Shown: positions 27,058 to 39,677 of the stretch, one piece after another
Layout of the letters: each line of letters starts with the position of its first letter
Numbering within the stretch: the first letter of the stretch is position 1
Assembly (NCBI GenBank): GCA_951406725.2
Contig: OX597832.1
Coordinates: 48,608,001-48,672,000 of the forward strand
Direction: 5' to 3'
Source: Octopus vulgaris
Taxonomy: Eukaryota
Length of the DNA stretch: 64,000 nucleotides
Made by a program: the position numbers and the translations under genes
Notes under the pieces: generated by a model
Databases searched by the model: none
What the model was told of the DNA's origin: nothing
The model's input: the letters and a program-made list of their open reading frames with translations, nothing else

Positions 27058-27382
27058 CAATAAGAAAATGGAGAGGATCATTAGGTGGTATTCATCAACT
27101 TTTAGGCATTATATTATGTCCATTTATTTATTTACTAAAATGACAATTATAACGATATACATACGTGTATAACATATTATGCTTTACATATATAATGTAT
27201 AAAGATACCAGTAATTATTAAAATATATAACATACAGGAATAGAAATTGGGAGAAAATATCTTACAGCTGTTTCAGCCAAGAGGCAAAAATGCCTCATTC
27301 TACCTTCATCCCTCATTCTACCAGCAGTGCATTAAATAGATATTATCCCTTAGTTGGTTGAATTTACAACCTCTAGCTTTCT

Positions 27383-27665
27383 AGCGGTGCTGCTGCTGCT
27401 GGTGGGTTTGGTCGTGATGGTGGTGCTGGTGGGACAGTAGTAGTAGTAGTAGTGGTGGTGGTGGTGGTGGTGGTGGTGGTGGTGGTGGTGGTGGTGGTGG
27501 TGGTGGTTGTGGTGGTGGTTGTGGTGGTGTTGGTAGTGGTTGTAGTGGTTGTGGTGGTGGTTGTAGTGGTGGTGTTGGTTGTGGTGGTGGTGGTGGTGGT
27601 GGTTGTGGTGGTGGTGGTGGTGGTACTGCTGCTGCTGGTTTTGGTGGTGCTGCTGGTGCAGGTGG

Positions 27666-27696
<31 letters not shown>

Positions 27697-27846
27697 TAGT
27701 CGTAGTAGTAGTAGTAGTAGTGGTGGTGCTGCTGCTGCTGCTGCTGATGATGATGAGGCAATTGTAGCTCTAGTAGTAGCGGGGTGTGCAATAGTAGTAA
27801 TAGTAGTGGTGGGTAGTAGTCGCAGCAGCAGCCGCAGCAGCAGCAG
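27383..27846. repeat. Compound trinucleotide repeat (GGT/TAG/CTG/CAG)
   Basis: Directly visible. Confidence 0.95.
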
Positions 27847-28347
27847 AATTTTTTTAAAGCATGTAACCCAAACACTTGCAAAGAGTGTTTTGGTTAGTTA
27901 GTTTTTAGCTTCGTCTCGTTCCTGTTGCGACTCACTTCTAATCTAATCTCTCTCCTTTCGACATTGACCTCCATTGCGTTACAGTATCGATAAAATAAAT
28001 AAGACCGAGCCATAGGATGAGATCGATACAATCAATATTGTTCGTCCTCTATGAAAGAAATCATTAGTTATATACGCCATTAGCAACACCGATTGGGGGG
28101 GGGGGGGTTCACAGACATATTGAAATCAGGAACTTATTTTTCTCGCCTTTCTAATGTTTATTGCAAATGTCTGCTATGCCTGTTCAAAAGTACATTTGGT
28201 AAGTTCTTAGTGAGTCTCCTCATGCAAACAAATGGCTCGATGTCAAAGATACAAAGCGGTATCGATCCAGGGTAAAGATTTCTAATATTAGAATATACTG
28301 AAAGCATATTCTATATATCTGTATCCATATCTATATCTATCGATCAG

Positions 28348-28434
<87 letters not shown>

Positions 28435-28435
28435 T

Positions 28436-28492
<57 letters not shown>

Positions 28493-28617
28493 CTTGTTTC
28501 AGCCATTTGACTGCGGCCTTGCTGTGGCACCGCCTTTAGTCAAGCAAATCGACCTCAGGACTTATACATTGTAAGCCAAGTACTTATTCCATCGGTGTCT
28601 TTTGCCGAACCGCTAAG

Positions 28618-28647
<30 letters not shown>

Positions 28648-28653
<6 letters not shown>

Positions 28654-28835
28654 GAACAGAAACGCAATAGAGGACAATAAAACATTCGGATAGATAGACG
28701 ATACAATGGCGGACAGGAGAAACAACAATTACAAGGACAGGCAAAAAAAAAGACAGGTCATTCGTGGCCATCTTTCCTCAGTCAAGTTACCAGAAGTCCT
28801 TACTGTTTCGGGCAGTTACACTTGAGATAGCTCGA
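28648..28835 (-). mobile_element. (TA)n-associated repeat, homologous to 49076-49220
   Basis: Minus GAGCTATCTCAAGTGTAACTGCCCGAAA...AACTTGACTGAGGAAAGA...CGAATGACCTGTC...TTGTATCGTC aligns with 49079 GAGCAATCTCGAGTATAACCAGCCGAAA...AACTCGACTGAGAATAGA...CGAGTGACTCGTC...TTGTATCGTC. Confidence 0.6.
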
Positions 28836-28942
28836 ATTTGTTACCTCCAAAAAAGTCCAAGCTAAGAGTTGTAGAACTGAACTCGAATCCAGATGGTTGC
28901 GAAACGACCTTCTTAGCCAGAAAATCATTCCTGTGCCTGTTT

Positions 28943-29048
28943 AAAAGTATGAAACACTTCACGAATTTGTACCGCATCCTTGCACAGAGACGAAGCTAAT
29001 CTTCTCTGTATCATTTCAATTTTAGCATATGTACTGCCAAAGAAGAAC
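28943..29048 (-). pseudogene. U6: U6 snRNA pseudogene (full length, diverged)
   Basis: Minus GTTCTTCTTTGGCAGTACATATGCTAAAATTGAAATGATACAGAGAAGATTAGCTTCGTCTCTGTGCAAGGATGCGGTACAAATTCGTGAAGTGTTTCATACTTTT is colinear with U6. The ACAGAGA box and AGC are kept; the ISL is mutated. Confidence 0.92.
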
Positions 29049-29484
29049 AAATATCAAAATTCCATGGAGACAGACTTAAACCGCCCCCAAATTTCCATTG
29101 CACTAGAATATATTGGATTTTCTTATTCGCAAATATAAATTAATTACTTAGATTTTAAATAAACGATCCACTTGAAATCTAAGCAGGAGTGAAACGGATT
29201 ATACTGTTAAGCAGTATTTACACAATTAGAAATTTAACGATATTCAGTCGATAATACAAATATAAGCAAGTGTACAGAAAGCAATGAAGCAGAGCATGGT
29301 TGTTAATGAAGCAAAAATGTATTTAATGATTTCATGGGGTGTGCGCAGGAGAGCAAGAACCCACATGATAACATATTTAAGCAATCAGATTATTCACGTT
29401 CAAAACTGCCAGAAACTATTAATAATGAATAGATACGTTATTGTTATATTTATAATTTGTAAGGAAATAGCAAAAGCGCAAATA

Positions 29485-29955
29485 AATAACTTAGATAGCT
29501 TAGATATGTTCCGGCCAAAGTTTGGCCCAGGCCATGCCTCACTAAATAGCACCAGCTGACAGGATCTTTTAAGTCATTTTTAAAGTCAAGTTTTGTGGTA
29601 TCATTGCTCATTCAAGAAGGGAGTTGTTGACTGAGGCGTGTCCAGGTATAGGTGACTTATCTAGTATCCATAGAAGAATTTTGTTCAGGTTTCGTTTGAA
29701 AGTGATGGGATCTTTTTCTTTGATTTATTTTGGGATAATGCTAAATAGAACAGGGCCAGCTGAGGAAAAGAAATTGTATTGCAGTGAATTTATGTGTTGT
29801 AATCCTGAATTGTGTAGAGGGCATTCGGCATGTAGCCCCAACCTTGGATGAATTCTAACTCTAAAGTTAAGATCGTTTGAGCAATGCCGCTGGTATAATC
29901 TCCACATTGCGCAAATGATGGAGCGTTCACGGTGGCGATGAAGAGAGTAAAGATT
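29485..29955 (-). mobile_element. CR1-group LINE 3' fragment
   Basis: LYSLHRHRER...NFFSSAGPVLFSIIPK*...FKRNLNKIL...PIPG...NNSLLE resembles the LYSLQRRRER..GPxLFN.LP..FK..LD..NSL C-terminus of CR1-type ORF2. Confidence 0.8.
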
Positions 29956-30366
29956 ATTGTTTAGAAAAATATAGACACTTTGAGGAAAAATTATCTATAT
30001 TAAGAACTGGCTACGGTACAGAACATTATTTGAAAGAGTTTCGAAAATCGGTTGTGGTTCTGATAGGGAAAATAACTTCAGAGGTCTTCTGCACCAGTTG
30101 TACCATTAGCTTTTGATTTCTGAGAATGTGGTTTAAGACCCAAAAGATTTTATAAATAGCTTCTCCAATATTCAATAAACAGTAGTAAAGATAATCCTTT
30201 CTGCTATTTACAAGGCCTAAAATCTTGGGCAGAGCCCGATACTGGATTACATGTGTTTGATTTTTTAAAACTAAACGGGTGTTTTATGAAATATTATCCC
30301 TTACAGCAACCGTAGAGCACCAGCCAAGAGGTTTCTGGTGTTCTTAATAACAAATTTTGCACATAA

Positions 30367-30780
30367 GGAGTGGCTGTGTGGTAAGTAGCTTGCTAACCAG
30401 CCACATAGTTCCGGGTTAAGTCCCACTGCGTGTTATATTGGGCAAGTGTGTTCTGCTATAGCCCCGGGCCGACCAATGCCTTGTGAGTGGATTTGGTAGA
30501 CGGAAACTGAAAGAAACCTGTCGTATATGTGTATATATATATATGTATGTGTGTGTGTGTGTTTGTGTGTGAGTGTTTGTCCCTCTAGCATTGCTTGACA
30601 ACCGATGCTGGTGTGTTTACGTCCCCGTCACTTAGCAGTTCCGCAAAAAGAGACCGATATAATAAGCACTGGGCTTACAAAGAATAAGTCCCGGGGTCGA
30701 TTTGCTCGACTAAAGGCGGTGCTCCAGCATGGCCGCAGTCAAATGACTGAAACAAGTAAAAGAGTAAAAGAATAAAAGAA
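30367..30780 (+). mobile_element. SINE family A
   Basis: Head, body and tail motifs. Confidence 0.9.
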
Positions 30781-31012
30781 TAATACGATAACAAACGGGT
30801 GAGAGCAACAGTTATAACCAAGATTCACGCAGTTATGAATTGCTGTCTTTGTTGTTGTTGCTGATGTTGGTGTTCTCTAAGTAGTTATTGGTACTGATGT
30901 TATTGATGATGGTGATGGTGGTGGTAGTGTCATAGCGACCTCCGTATTTATTATTGTAGTCGTCGTCGTTGTCTCCGCGTATCTCACATCTATTACGCTC
31001 CAAACTTATTTA

Positions 31013-31822
31013 CCTATTTCTTTATTACCCACAAGGGGCTAAACACAGAGGAGACAGACAAGGACAGACAAACGGATTAAGTCGATTACATCGACGCCAG
31101 TCCGTAACTGGTACTTAATTTATCGACCCCGAAAGGATAAAAGGCAAAGTCGACCTCGGCGGAATTTGAACCTAGAACGTAACGGCAGACGCAATAAGGC
31201 TACATAAAATATCTATTTCTTTACTGCCCACAAGGGGCTAAATATAGAGAGGACAAACAAGGACAGACAAACGGATTAAGTCGATTATATTGACGCCAGT
31301 GCGTAACTGGTACTTAATTTATCGACCCCGAAAGGATAAAAGGCAAAGTCGACCTCGGCGGAATTGAACCTAGAACGTAACGGCAGACGCAATAAGGCTA
31401 CATAAAATATCTATTTCTTTACTGCCCACAAGGGGCTAAATATAGAGAGGACAAACAAGGACAGACAAACGGATTAAGTCGATTATATTGACGCCAGTGC
31501 GTAACTGGTACTTAATTTATCGACCCCGAAAGGATAAAAGGCAAAGTCGACCTCGGCGGAATTTGAACCTAGAACGTAACGGCAGACGCAATAAGGCTAC
31601 ATAAAATATCTATTTCTTTACTGCCCACAAGGGGCTAAATATAGAGAGGACAAACAAGGACAGACAAACGGATTAAGTCGATTATATTGACGCCAGTGCG
31701 TAACTGGTACTTAATTTATCGACCCCGAAAGGATAAAAGGCAAAGTCGACCTCGGCGGAATTTGAACTCAGAACGTAACGGCGGACGCAGTACGGCTACG
31801 CATTTCGCCCGGCGTGCTAACG
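31013..31822 (-). mobile_element. Four tandem SINE family B units (~199 bp period)
   Basis: CTATTTCTTTA(C/T)T(G/A)CCCACAAGGGGC recurs at about 31014, 31213, 31411 and 31610. Confidence 0.95.
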
Positions 31823-32346
31823 TCTCTGCCAGCTCGCCGCCTTATCATTGTTTTATCATATTCACAGCCAGTTTCAATACCTCTTACAACTCTTCAGGTT
31901 GTAAAGTTACACGCTGTACTTCCTTCCCAGCTTCCATTCCTACACAGTGGATCAGTCAATCACCATATCTTATACGTTATAAAATATTCTGGTTGATGAA
32001 TGAAAATATAAATTGCCTGCGACAGGAACAATAAATGATTTAAATAACTTCGTTTCCTTCGCCCCCTTACGTCTTATTTTGTTTTCGCGATTCTTTATTG
32101 TTATTTTTTATGTTCTTAGTTGTATATATTGATCCCGTTATATAACGTTTCCCGTTGTGATCTTCATTGTCTTTCATAATATAATGACTAATTTTACATA
32201 GATATATGTATAAGTTTGTGTACGTATATGTATGCGTTTGTGTATGTGTGTGTGTGTGTGTACTATAGTATGTGCGTATGTTTATTGTTTAATACTTTAC
32301 TGGTTGCAATCATCAGAAACTTTTGTTGACATACTTCTACTTCACA

Positions 32347-32748
32347 GGCGTGTGATAAGTAGCTTACTTACCAACTACATGGTTCCGGGTTCAGTCCCAC
32401 AGCGTGGCAACTTGAGCAAGTGTCTTCTACTATAGCCTCGGGCCGACCAAAGCCTTGTGAGTGGATTTGGTAGACACAAACTGAAAGAAGCCCTCCTATA
32501 TATGTATATTTGTATCTGTGTTTGTGTGTGTATGTGTGTTTGTGTGTCTGTGTTTGTCCGCCCAACATCGCTTGACAACCGATGCTGGTGTGTTTACGTC
32601 CCCGTAACCTAGCGGTTCGGCAAAAGAGACCGATAGAATAAGTACTAAGTTTCCAAAGAATAAATCCTGGGGTTGATTTGCTCGACTAAAGGCGGTGCTC
32701 CAACATGGCCACAGTCAAATGACTGAAACAAGTAAAAGAGTAAAAGAG
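32347..32748 (+). mobile_element. SINE family A
   Basis: Head, body and tail motifs. Confidence 0.9.
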
Positions 32749-32782
32749 ATATATGTGTGTGTGTGTGTGAGTGTGTGTATGC

Positions 32783-32813
<31 letters not shown>

Positions 32814-33375
32814 GGTAGGTAGGTAGGTAGGTAGGTACGTAGGTGGGTAGGTAGGTAGAAAGATGAGGAAGAAAGTAATGCAAGCAATTATTGTTCGCAT
32901 TGCTTTCTGATTCACCTTCGTGTTAGTGTGCGTGTGTGTATGTGTTTGTGCGCGCGCGCGTGTGTGTATCTGTGTGTGTGTGTGTGTATGTGTGTTTACG
33001 TGTACGTGTACAGAGTCTGTCACACGATGCATACACATTTTAAGGAAAGAAAACTGTGTAGAAATACTTTAATACCACATTTATCAAGATATCACGGCAT
33101 CAATACAAGTGACCTTTCTTTTGTGCGAGGTATGTAATACTAAACGAGATCATGAAATCCGTCGTTGGAATATAAACATATATATATACATATATACATA
33201 CACTCACTTGATATTGTAAACATTATTATCTATACAACAAAATGGCTGGATATTTCCTAAATATGAAGAAATTTAAATGGGAATGATTGTAACCTACCTT
33301 CATTGTATTTGAAACTGCGCAATGACATTTCGAATAGATGCTTTTTTAAATGAAGAAACTCAACACCAAACATGT

Positions 33376-33434
<59 letters not shown>

Positions 33435-33453
33435 GTGTATATACATACATGTG

Positions 33454-33493
<40 letters not shown>

Positions 33494-33523
33494 TATATAT
33501 TTATATATATATATATGTATATG

Positions 33524-33670
33524 AGAGCAGCGGACTCGCCGTTGAGAGACCGTGGGTTCGAATCTTAGGCATTTCGCTCATAAACACACACATCACTCGG
33601 TCTGAGATTCGAACCCTCGCTCCCTCGACCGCGAGTCCGCTGCTCTAACCACTAGGCCATGTTGCCTCCA
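33524..33670. mobile_element. Two opposed SINE family C heads
   Basis: AGAGCAGCGGACTCGC (33524-33539) and its reverse complement (33631-33646). Confidence 0.75.
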
Positions 33671-33759
33671 CTGTATAAATCTTAACTACCGTTAATTCCG
33701 AATATGAAATCAGGAACATGAAACCGAAATTCGATATTCTTTCACTCATTTTTTTGTTG

Positions 33760-33819
<60 letters not shown>

Positions 33820-34732
33820 GTATGGGTGCGAGAAGGTGGTTTGGAATACTTATATGCATTTATCTGTTACGGAAAATACGAAATTTTATGTGACAGTTGT
33901 AAGAATATTTAAAAAGCAGTGTTTTACTTAAGTGAAAGAAAAATCATCCATTTTCAGAGAAGCCGTAAACGAGAGAATAGCTTTTCCTTTTGACAAAAGA
34001 ATTAGTGAGTGAAAACTGAAAAATACCCAAAGGAGGTTTAGCCTTTATTTCGCTTTTCGCGATTTCGAGTGTTATATAGATAACTAGGAACTTTTTCATT
34101 TTTGTTTTCTTTATTGAGAATTTTCCTTAGATATCTGCTTACAATGCTTCAATTTTCTTTATACTAATACTTTCCTAAGATTTGACATTTTTCATTTAAA
34201 AATACTCGCCGTATCGTCAACTAGCTTAAAATTCGGAAAAGCAACGTGTGATAGATAAGGTGGGTTTTTCTTTATTTTACCGTTTTTTTTTAATACTTTT
34301 TTCTTATTCTATGGAATAATATATTTCCATATGCATATTCTGCTTCGAAATCCTGTGATAAGAACAAGTTGTGCGAAGCATTTATGCCTTGTAGAAAAGG
34401 TCTTTTGTATATATTTTTATATATTCTGTCATGTCATGCCGAGGCAAAAATTGCACGCTACGACTTCCAGTTCACGAGTTACGTTTCAGATTGGTTCTAC
34501 CATAAAAGTGTTCAAATGCTTTATTCCAAAATGCTTCCTTTTCTTCTGTAAACCAACATTTTTCTTTCATAAATTTCGATTTCAGAAACGTTTCTAAATT
34601 AAATACTTTCCTGAAATAATTCAAGACATTTGGGTGATTATTTCAATATTAAGCTTAACTGCTGTTAATTCCGAATATGAAAACAGGAACATTAAACTCA
34701 ACTTGATATTCTTTAACTTACTTATGTTCACG

Positions 34733-34770
<38 letters not shown>

Positions 34771-34817
34771 GCTAAGGATGCGAGAAGGTGGTCTTCATTC
34801 CCGAACTGGGCAATACT

Positions 34818-35230
34818 CTTTATTCTTTTACTCTTTTACTTGTTTCAGTCATTTGACTGCGGCCATGCTGGAGCACCGCCTTTAATCGAGCAACTCGACC
34901 CCGGGACTTATTCTTTTGTAAGCCCAGTAGTTATTCTATCGGTCTCTTTTGCCGAACCGCTAGATGACGGCGACGTAAACACACCAGCATCGGTTGTCAA
35001 GCAATGCGAGGGGGACAAACACAGACACACAAATACACACACGCGCATATATATATATACATATATACGACGGGCTTCTTTCAGTTTCCGTCTACCAAAT
35101 CCACTCACAAGGCTTTGGTCGGCCCGAGGCTATAGTAGAAGACACTTGCCCAAGGTGCCACGCAGTGGGACTGAACCCGGAACCATGTGGCTGGTAAGCA
35201 AGCTACTTACCACACAGCCACTCCTGCGCC
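34818..35230 (-). mobile_element. SINE family A, full length
   Basis: Head, body and tail motifs. Confidence 0.92.
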
Positions 35231-35818
35231 TGTTATGCATTGTTATGTTTAAGCGACACATTTCATTTCGCATTGCTCTGCGATAACTTCAACATCTAAC
35301 GTGTTGCACACCGTGCACATGCAGAGACCGTGACGATGTGATGGAGAGAGTGAGCTCGTGTACAGTTCAGCCATTTGACCACCATCAACAACCAAATCAT
35401 AGGTGCAATTTGTGGAGCAAGAAATGGTACATAAGTTGAAGCACCAGAATTTAGTACTGTATTATTTATACAATTTCAAAATATGATGATTTAAAATCAA
35501 AATAAGGTGATGAAAATCAAAATGCAATCATTTCATTACATCAATTTGAAATGCGGGATGTAATGAATTGATTGCATTGTTCAATTAAAGGGAGTCGCTT
35601 GAAACGATCGTACTGCATTACCTCTGGATATGCTTGTTGCTTATTTTGATTTTATATATGTATGTATGTATGTATGTATGCATTCATGTATGTATGTATG
35701 TATGTATGTATGCATGTTTGTATGTATGCATGCATGTATGTATGTATGTATGTATGTATGTATGTATGTGTGTGTGTATGTATGTATGTATGTATGTATG
35801 TATGCATGTGTGTATGTA

Positions 35819-35858
<40 letters not shown>

Positions 35859-36942
35859 GTATGTATGTATGTATGTATGTATATGATACAGAGCATATAC
35901 GAAACTCTTGGTCCTTGAGTCACTTTGAATATATCAATATACCAAATGCCGTCTGGAAGGCTTTCAAGGATTCCTGGCTGTGTCTGAAAACACTGCAGCG
36001 AGATGGGGCACGGTAGAATCGAACCTCGAAACGCAAAATTACGATATCATATTCGTAGACACTCACCTAATTAGCAAACAACGTAATTACATACACCTCA
36101 GAGTTTGCAGACATATTTGCCTATATGTGTGTGTGTGTGTGTGTGCGTGTGTACGTGAGGGTGTGCGTATGTGTGTATACGTGTGTGTGTATGTGTGTGT
36201 GCGTGTTTGTGTGCGTGCGTACGTGTGTGTTTATTTTGTTTCCTGCTATTCTCAAACTCCAAACATCGCATTGTCTGTATTGTTTATCCAACGGTGACCA
36301 CCCAGCTGGAATTACACTGTCGCTATGCCGTAGCATACATCGTTATGATATTCTCAAAGGAATCGCAAAGAAAACGAAAGAAAAACAACAACAAAAAAAA
36401 AAGAAAAACAGAAAACGATAACAAAGAATTACAAGATCTTATTCAAATGACATTTGTATTATTAGAATACTAGGTGGCGCCACAAGCCAGAAATGATGCA
36501 ACGAATGGTATTGATGTTATTCAATGCAAGTTTAGCTCCCGAGATTTAAAACAAGCAATGATAATTGCAGTAAAAAAAAGAAATATACAAATGAACAAAT
36601 TAGTAAGTAGATAAATAAACAAGTAAGAAAATAAAAGGATAAATAGCTTAATTAATTAATTAAATAAATGGCTAACGTATGTGCATTGAATTTATTATTG
36701 TTCAAAACTATAGAATTATGAATTATTAATCACAAACAAGATTTTAAAATTTTGGAATATTTTTTTTCCAAATAAAACATTGGATTGTTTACTCGGAAAT
36801 GAAATAAAACACACTTTTCTTACCTTGTTTACAAACAAAATATTATGTTTGACAATATTTCTTTGTTGCTTTATTTGTTTGTTGTTTCTGTGTGTTTGTG
36901 TGTTTTATTTACTCGATTTTGTAAAAGAAATCAATATACATA

Positions 36943-37107
36943 GGCGCAGGAGTGGCTGTGTGGTAAGTAGCTTGCCTACCAACCACATGGTTCCGGGTTC
37001 AGTCCCACTGCGTGGCACCTTGGGTAAGTGTCTTCTGCTATAGCCTCGGGCCGACCAGAGCCTTGTGAGTGGATTTGGTAGACGGAAGCTGAAAGAAGAC
37101 TGTCGGA

Positions 37108-37156
<49 letters not shown>

Positions 37157-37348
37157 ATGTTTGTGTGTCTGTGTTTGTCCCCCTAGCATTGCTTGACAAC
37201 TGATGCTGGTGTGTTTATGTCCCCATCACTTAGAATAAGTACTGGGCTTACAAAGAATAAGTTCCGGGGTCGAGTTGCTCAACTAAAGGCGGTGCTCCAG
37301 CATGGCCGCAGTCAAATGACTGAAACAAAAGAGTAAAAGAGTAAAGAG
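36943..37348 (+). mobile_element. SINE family A
   Basis: Head, body and tail motifs. Confidence 0.92.
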
Positions 37349-38039
37349 TAGACATAGTAGATACCTCTTGGCGTCTTTGCAAAGGTTCTAACCAGTCCTC
37401 CGGTCGGATTACCAATTAATAATCAATATATTTTAATCACCGTTTCTAATTTTTGGCACACCCCCATCAAATTCGAGTAGATAAGGAAGACCATTACATC
37501 ATCGCCATTGCTTAACCATTACCTACTTTCACTATCGTTCTTGATAGGGTGAAATGTAAAGTCGGCCTCGGCAGAATTTGACCTTGAAATGTAAAGATTC
37601 GGAAGAAATTCAATTAAAACTTTTTTCTGGTGCGGTAGCGATTAAGTCAGCTCGCACTTTTAACTGGATATCTTAATTTTTTTCTATTATAAGCAAAAGG
37701 ACCGAAATTTGGGGGAAGGCTAGTCGAACCCATCGACCCCAGGTACTTATTTTATATCAATGCGATTGTTATGGTGATGGCGGTGGTGGTGGTTGTGGTG
37801 TGTGTGTGTGTGTATCTGATATATGCAGTACTCTAGCTAACGAGAGAGCTTCTTAAATATGGGACCGAACCCGGAACCATGTGGTTCATAAGGAAGCTAC
37901 ATACCACACAGCCACTCCTGTTGTTGTTGTTGACCCTTGCTTTGCTCTGAATGACAATACTTATATTATAATCAATGATTGTTTTTGATTTTGTCTCTGC
38001 TCCACACCCTGTTTCTAGGACTATTTTGTTCCTTTAAAC

Positions 38040-38259
38040 CAGTGGTTTTCAACCAGGGTTCCGCGGAACCTTAGGGTTCCGCCAGTACAGTCCAGGGGTC
38101 CCGCAAGAAGTTACAAAACTGCTAAAATCGGCAGTAATTTTTAATTCTCCTGTGCAGATATGTGTGCATAAAACTATTAAATTATTGCACAGGGGTTCTT
38201 CGAGCCAGTGGAATGTTTCCTTGAGGTTCCGCTCCAGTAAAAAAGTTTGAAAAGCACTG
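38040..38259. mobile_element. hAT (Charlie-like) MITE, 220 bp
   Basis: TIRs CAGTGGTTTTCAA / TTGAAAAGCACTG. Perfect 8-bp TSD CTTTAAAC at 38032-38039 and 38260-38267. Confidence 0.93.
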
Positions 38260-39464
38260 CTTTAAACAATGTAGCTTGATTTGAATAAGGTTTAACTGCT
38301 ACTTCTAGCAGATCTTCCGTCTTTTCAGGAGCTGCCTCGTTAGTTCGAATACCGCAGTTTTAAAAATCATTGGCTGAAACTAAATAGCAGCAACAACAGA
38401 TATTATCGTTTGACTTTTTCGTGTAGCATAGAAAGAATAAAAATAACGCTGACCACTGTAGTGCCGTTTCGTTGTTGCTTAGAAATAGCAATAAGCGAGC
38501 GATATATGCTTTCATAGTCGAAGAAAACAATTATCCTTTTCGGATTCTGTATACCATGCTAAGAAGATTGCTGGAGAAACAAAAACTGACAGAGTTATGA
38601 GGTTTCACATGAACACGTCACGCATTTTTGAGCTTCTGATTGACATGTTAGCTTACACGTATCGGACAAAATTTGGCAAAGAATTCGTTTATCCTGCTAA
38701 ATATGTACTGCAAAATAGTCAAAAATAAAGGTAATTTATGCATAGTGCAATGTATGTACAGTAACAGCTACTCGAAGGAAAGCGAATAGCCAAAAAAGAT
38801 ATATGATTTTAGTGAAGGCACACAGTCCGCTAATGTAGGTTTTAATGAGCCCCCTTATCAAATATATATTTGATGTATAGCCGCAGTGTTTGATCCAAAC
38901 TAGGCTACTACCCCTTGTTTTCATGTTGTTATTATTGTTCTGTTTGATTTTATTTTTCTCTAATAATCTCAGCACTTTGATAATTTATCACACCTAAATT
39001 ACTTGGCACAGAATCCAGCTGACAACTTGATAAATGTCGTAATCAATTCGCAATACGTATTTATCTTGGCGATACGCTAAGTTAATAAGTGCAAAACACA
39101 AAACAGAACCTCTTTGATGCTTAAACTCCCATTTATTCATATCAATTACAATCAGATTTCGTTGCGATATTCTCTCCAGCTATCTAATATGGATTTCTTC
39201 TTTTTTATGCACCAAAGATGTGCTCTTGTTATTTATCAGCCGTAATAAATTAAACAAATATAGTTGTGTTGCTAAGAAGTTCCCTTTGCATACAGTTGGG
39301 TGTTTCGAGTTCGTTCCCACTACGTGGAAATTTGGACAGGAGTCTTCTGCTATAGACCCAGAGCAACTAATGCTTTGTGAGAGAATATTGCAGACGGAAT
39401 TTGTCTGGAAGCCTGTGGTATGTATGTATATATATATATATATATCTGTATATATATTTTCTTT

Positions 39465-39677
39465 ACTCTAGGCACGAGGCACGAAATTTTTTTTTGGAGG
39501 GGGGGTTCCAGTTGATTAGATCGGCCCCAGCACGCAACTGGTATTTAATTTATCGACCCCAAAAGGATGAAAGACAAAGTCGACCTCGGCGGAATTTGAA
39601 CTCAGAACGAAAAGACAGACGAAATTCCCCGCTAAGCATTTCGCCTGGCGTGCTAACGTTTCTACCAGCTCGTCGAC
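39465..39677 (-). mobile_element. SINE family B-related copy
   Basis: Core motif present. Confidence 0.8.

Noticed and set aside
31013-31822. CRISPR-like regular array
   Set aside because: Units are near-identical SINE copies with no unique spacers, there are no cas genes, and the context is eukaryotic.
34840-35286. Recurrent 'RRASFSFRLPNPLTRLWSARGYSRRHLPK' and 'KDERQSRPRRNLNSER' ORFs
   Set aside because: Chance translations of SINE A and SINE B, seen at many copies.
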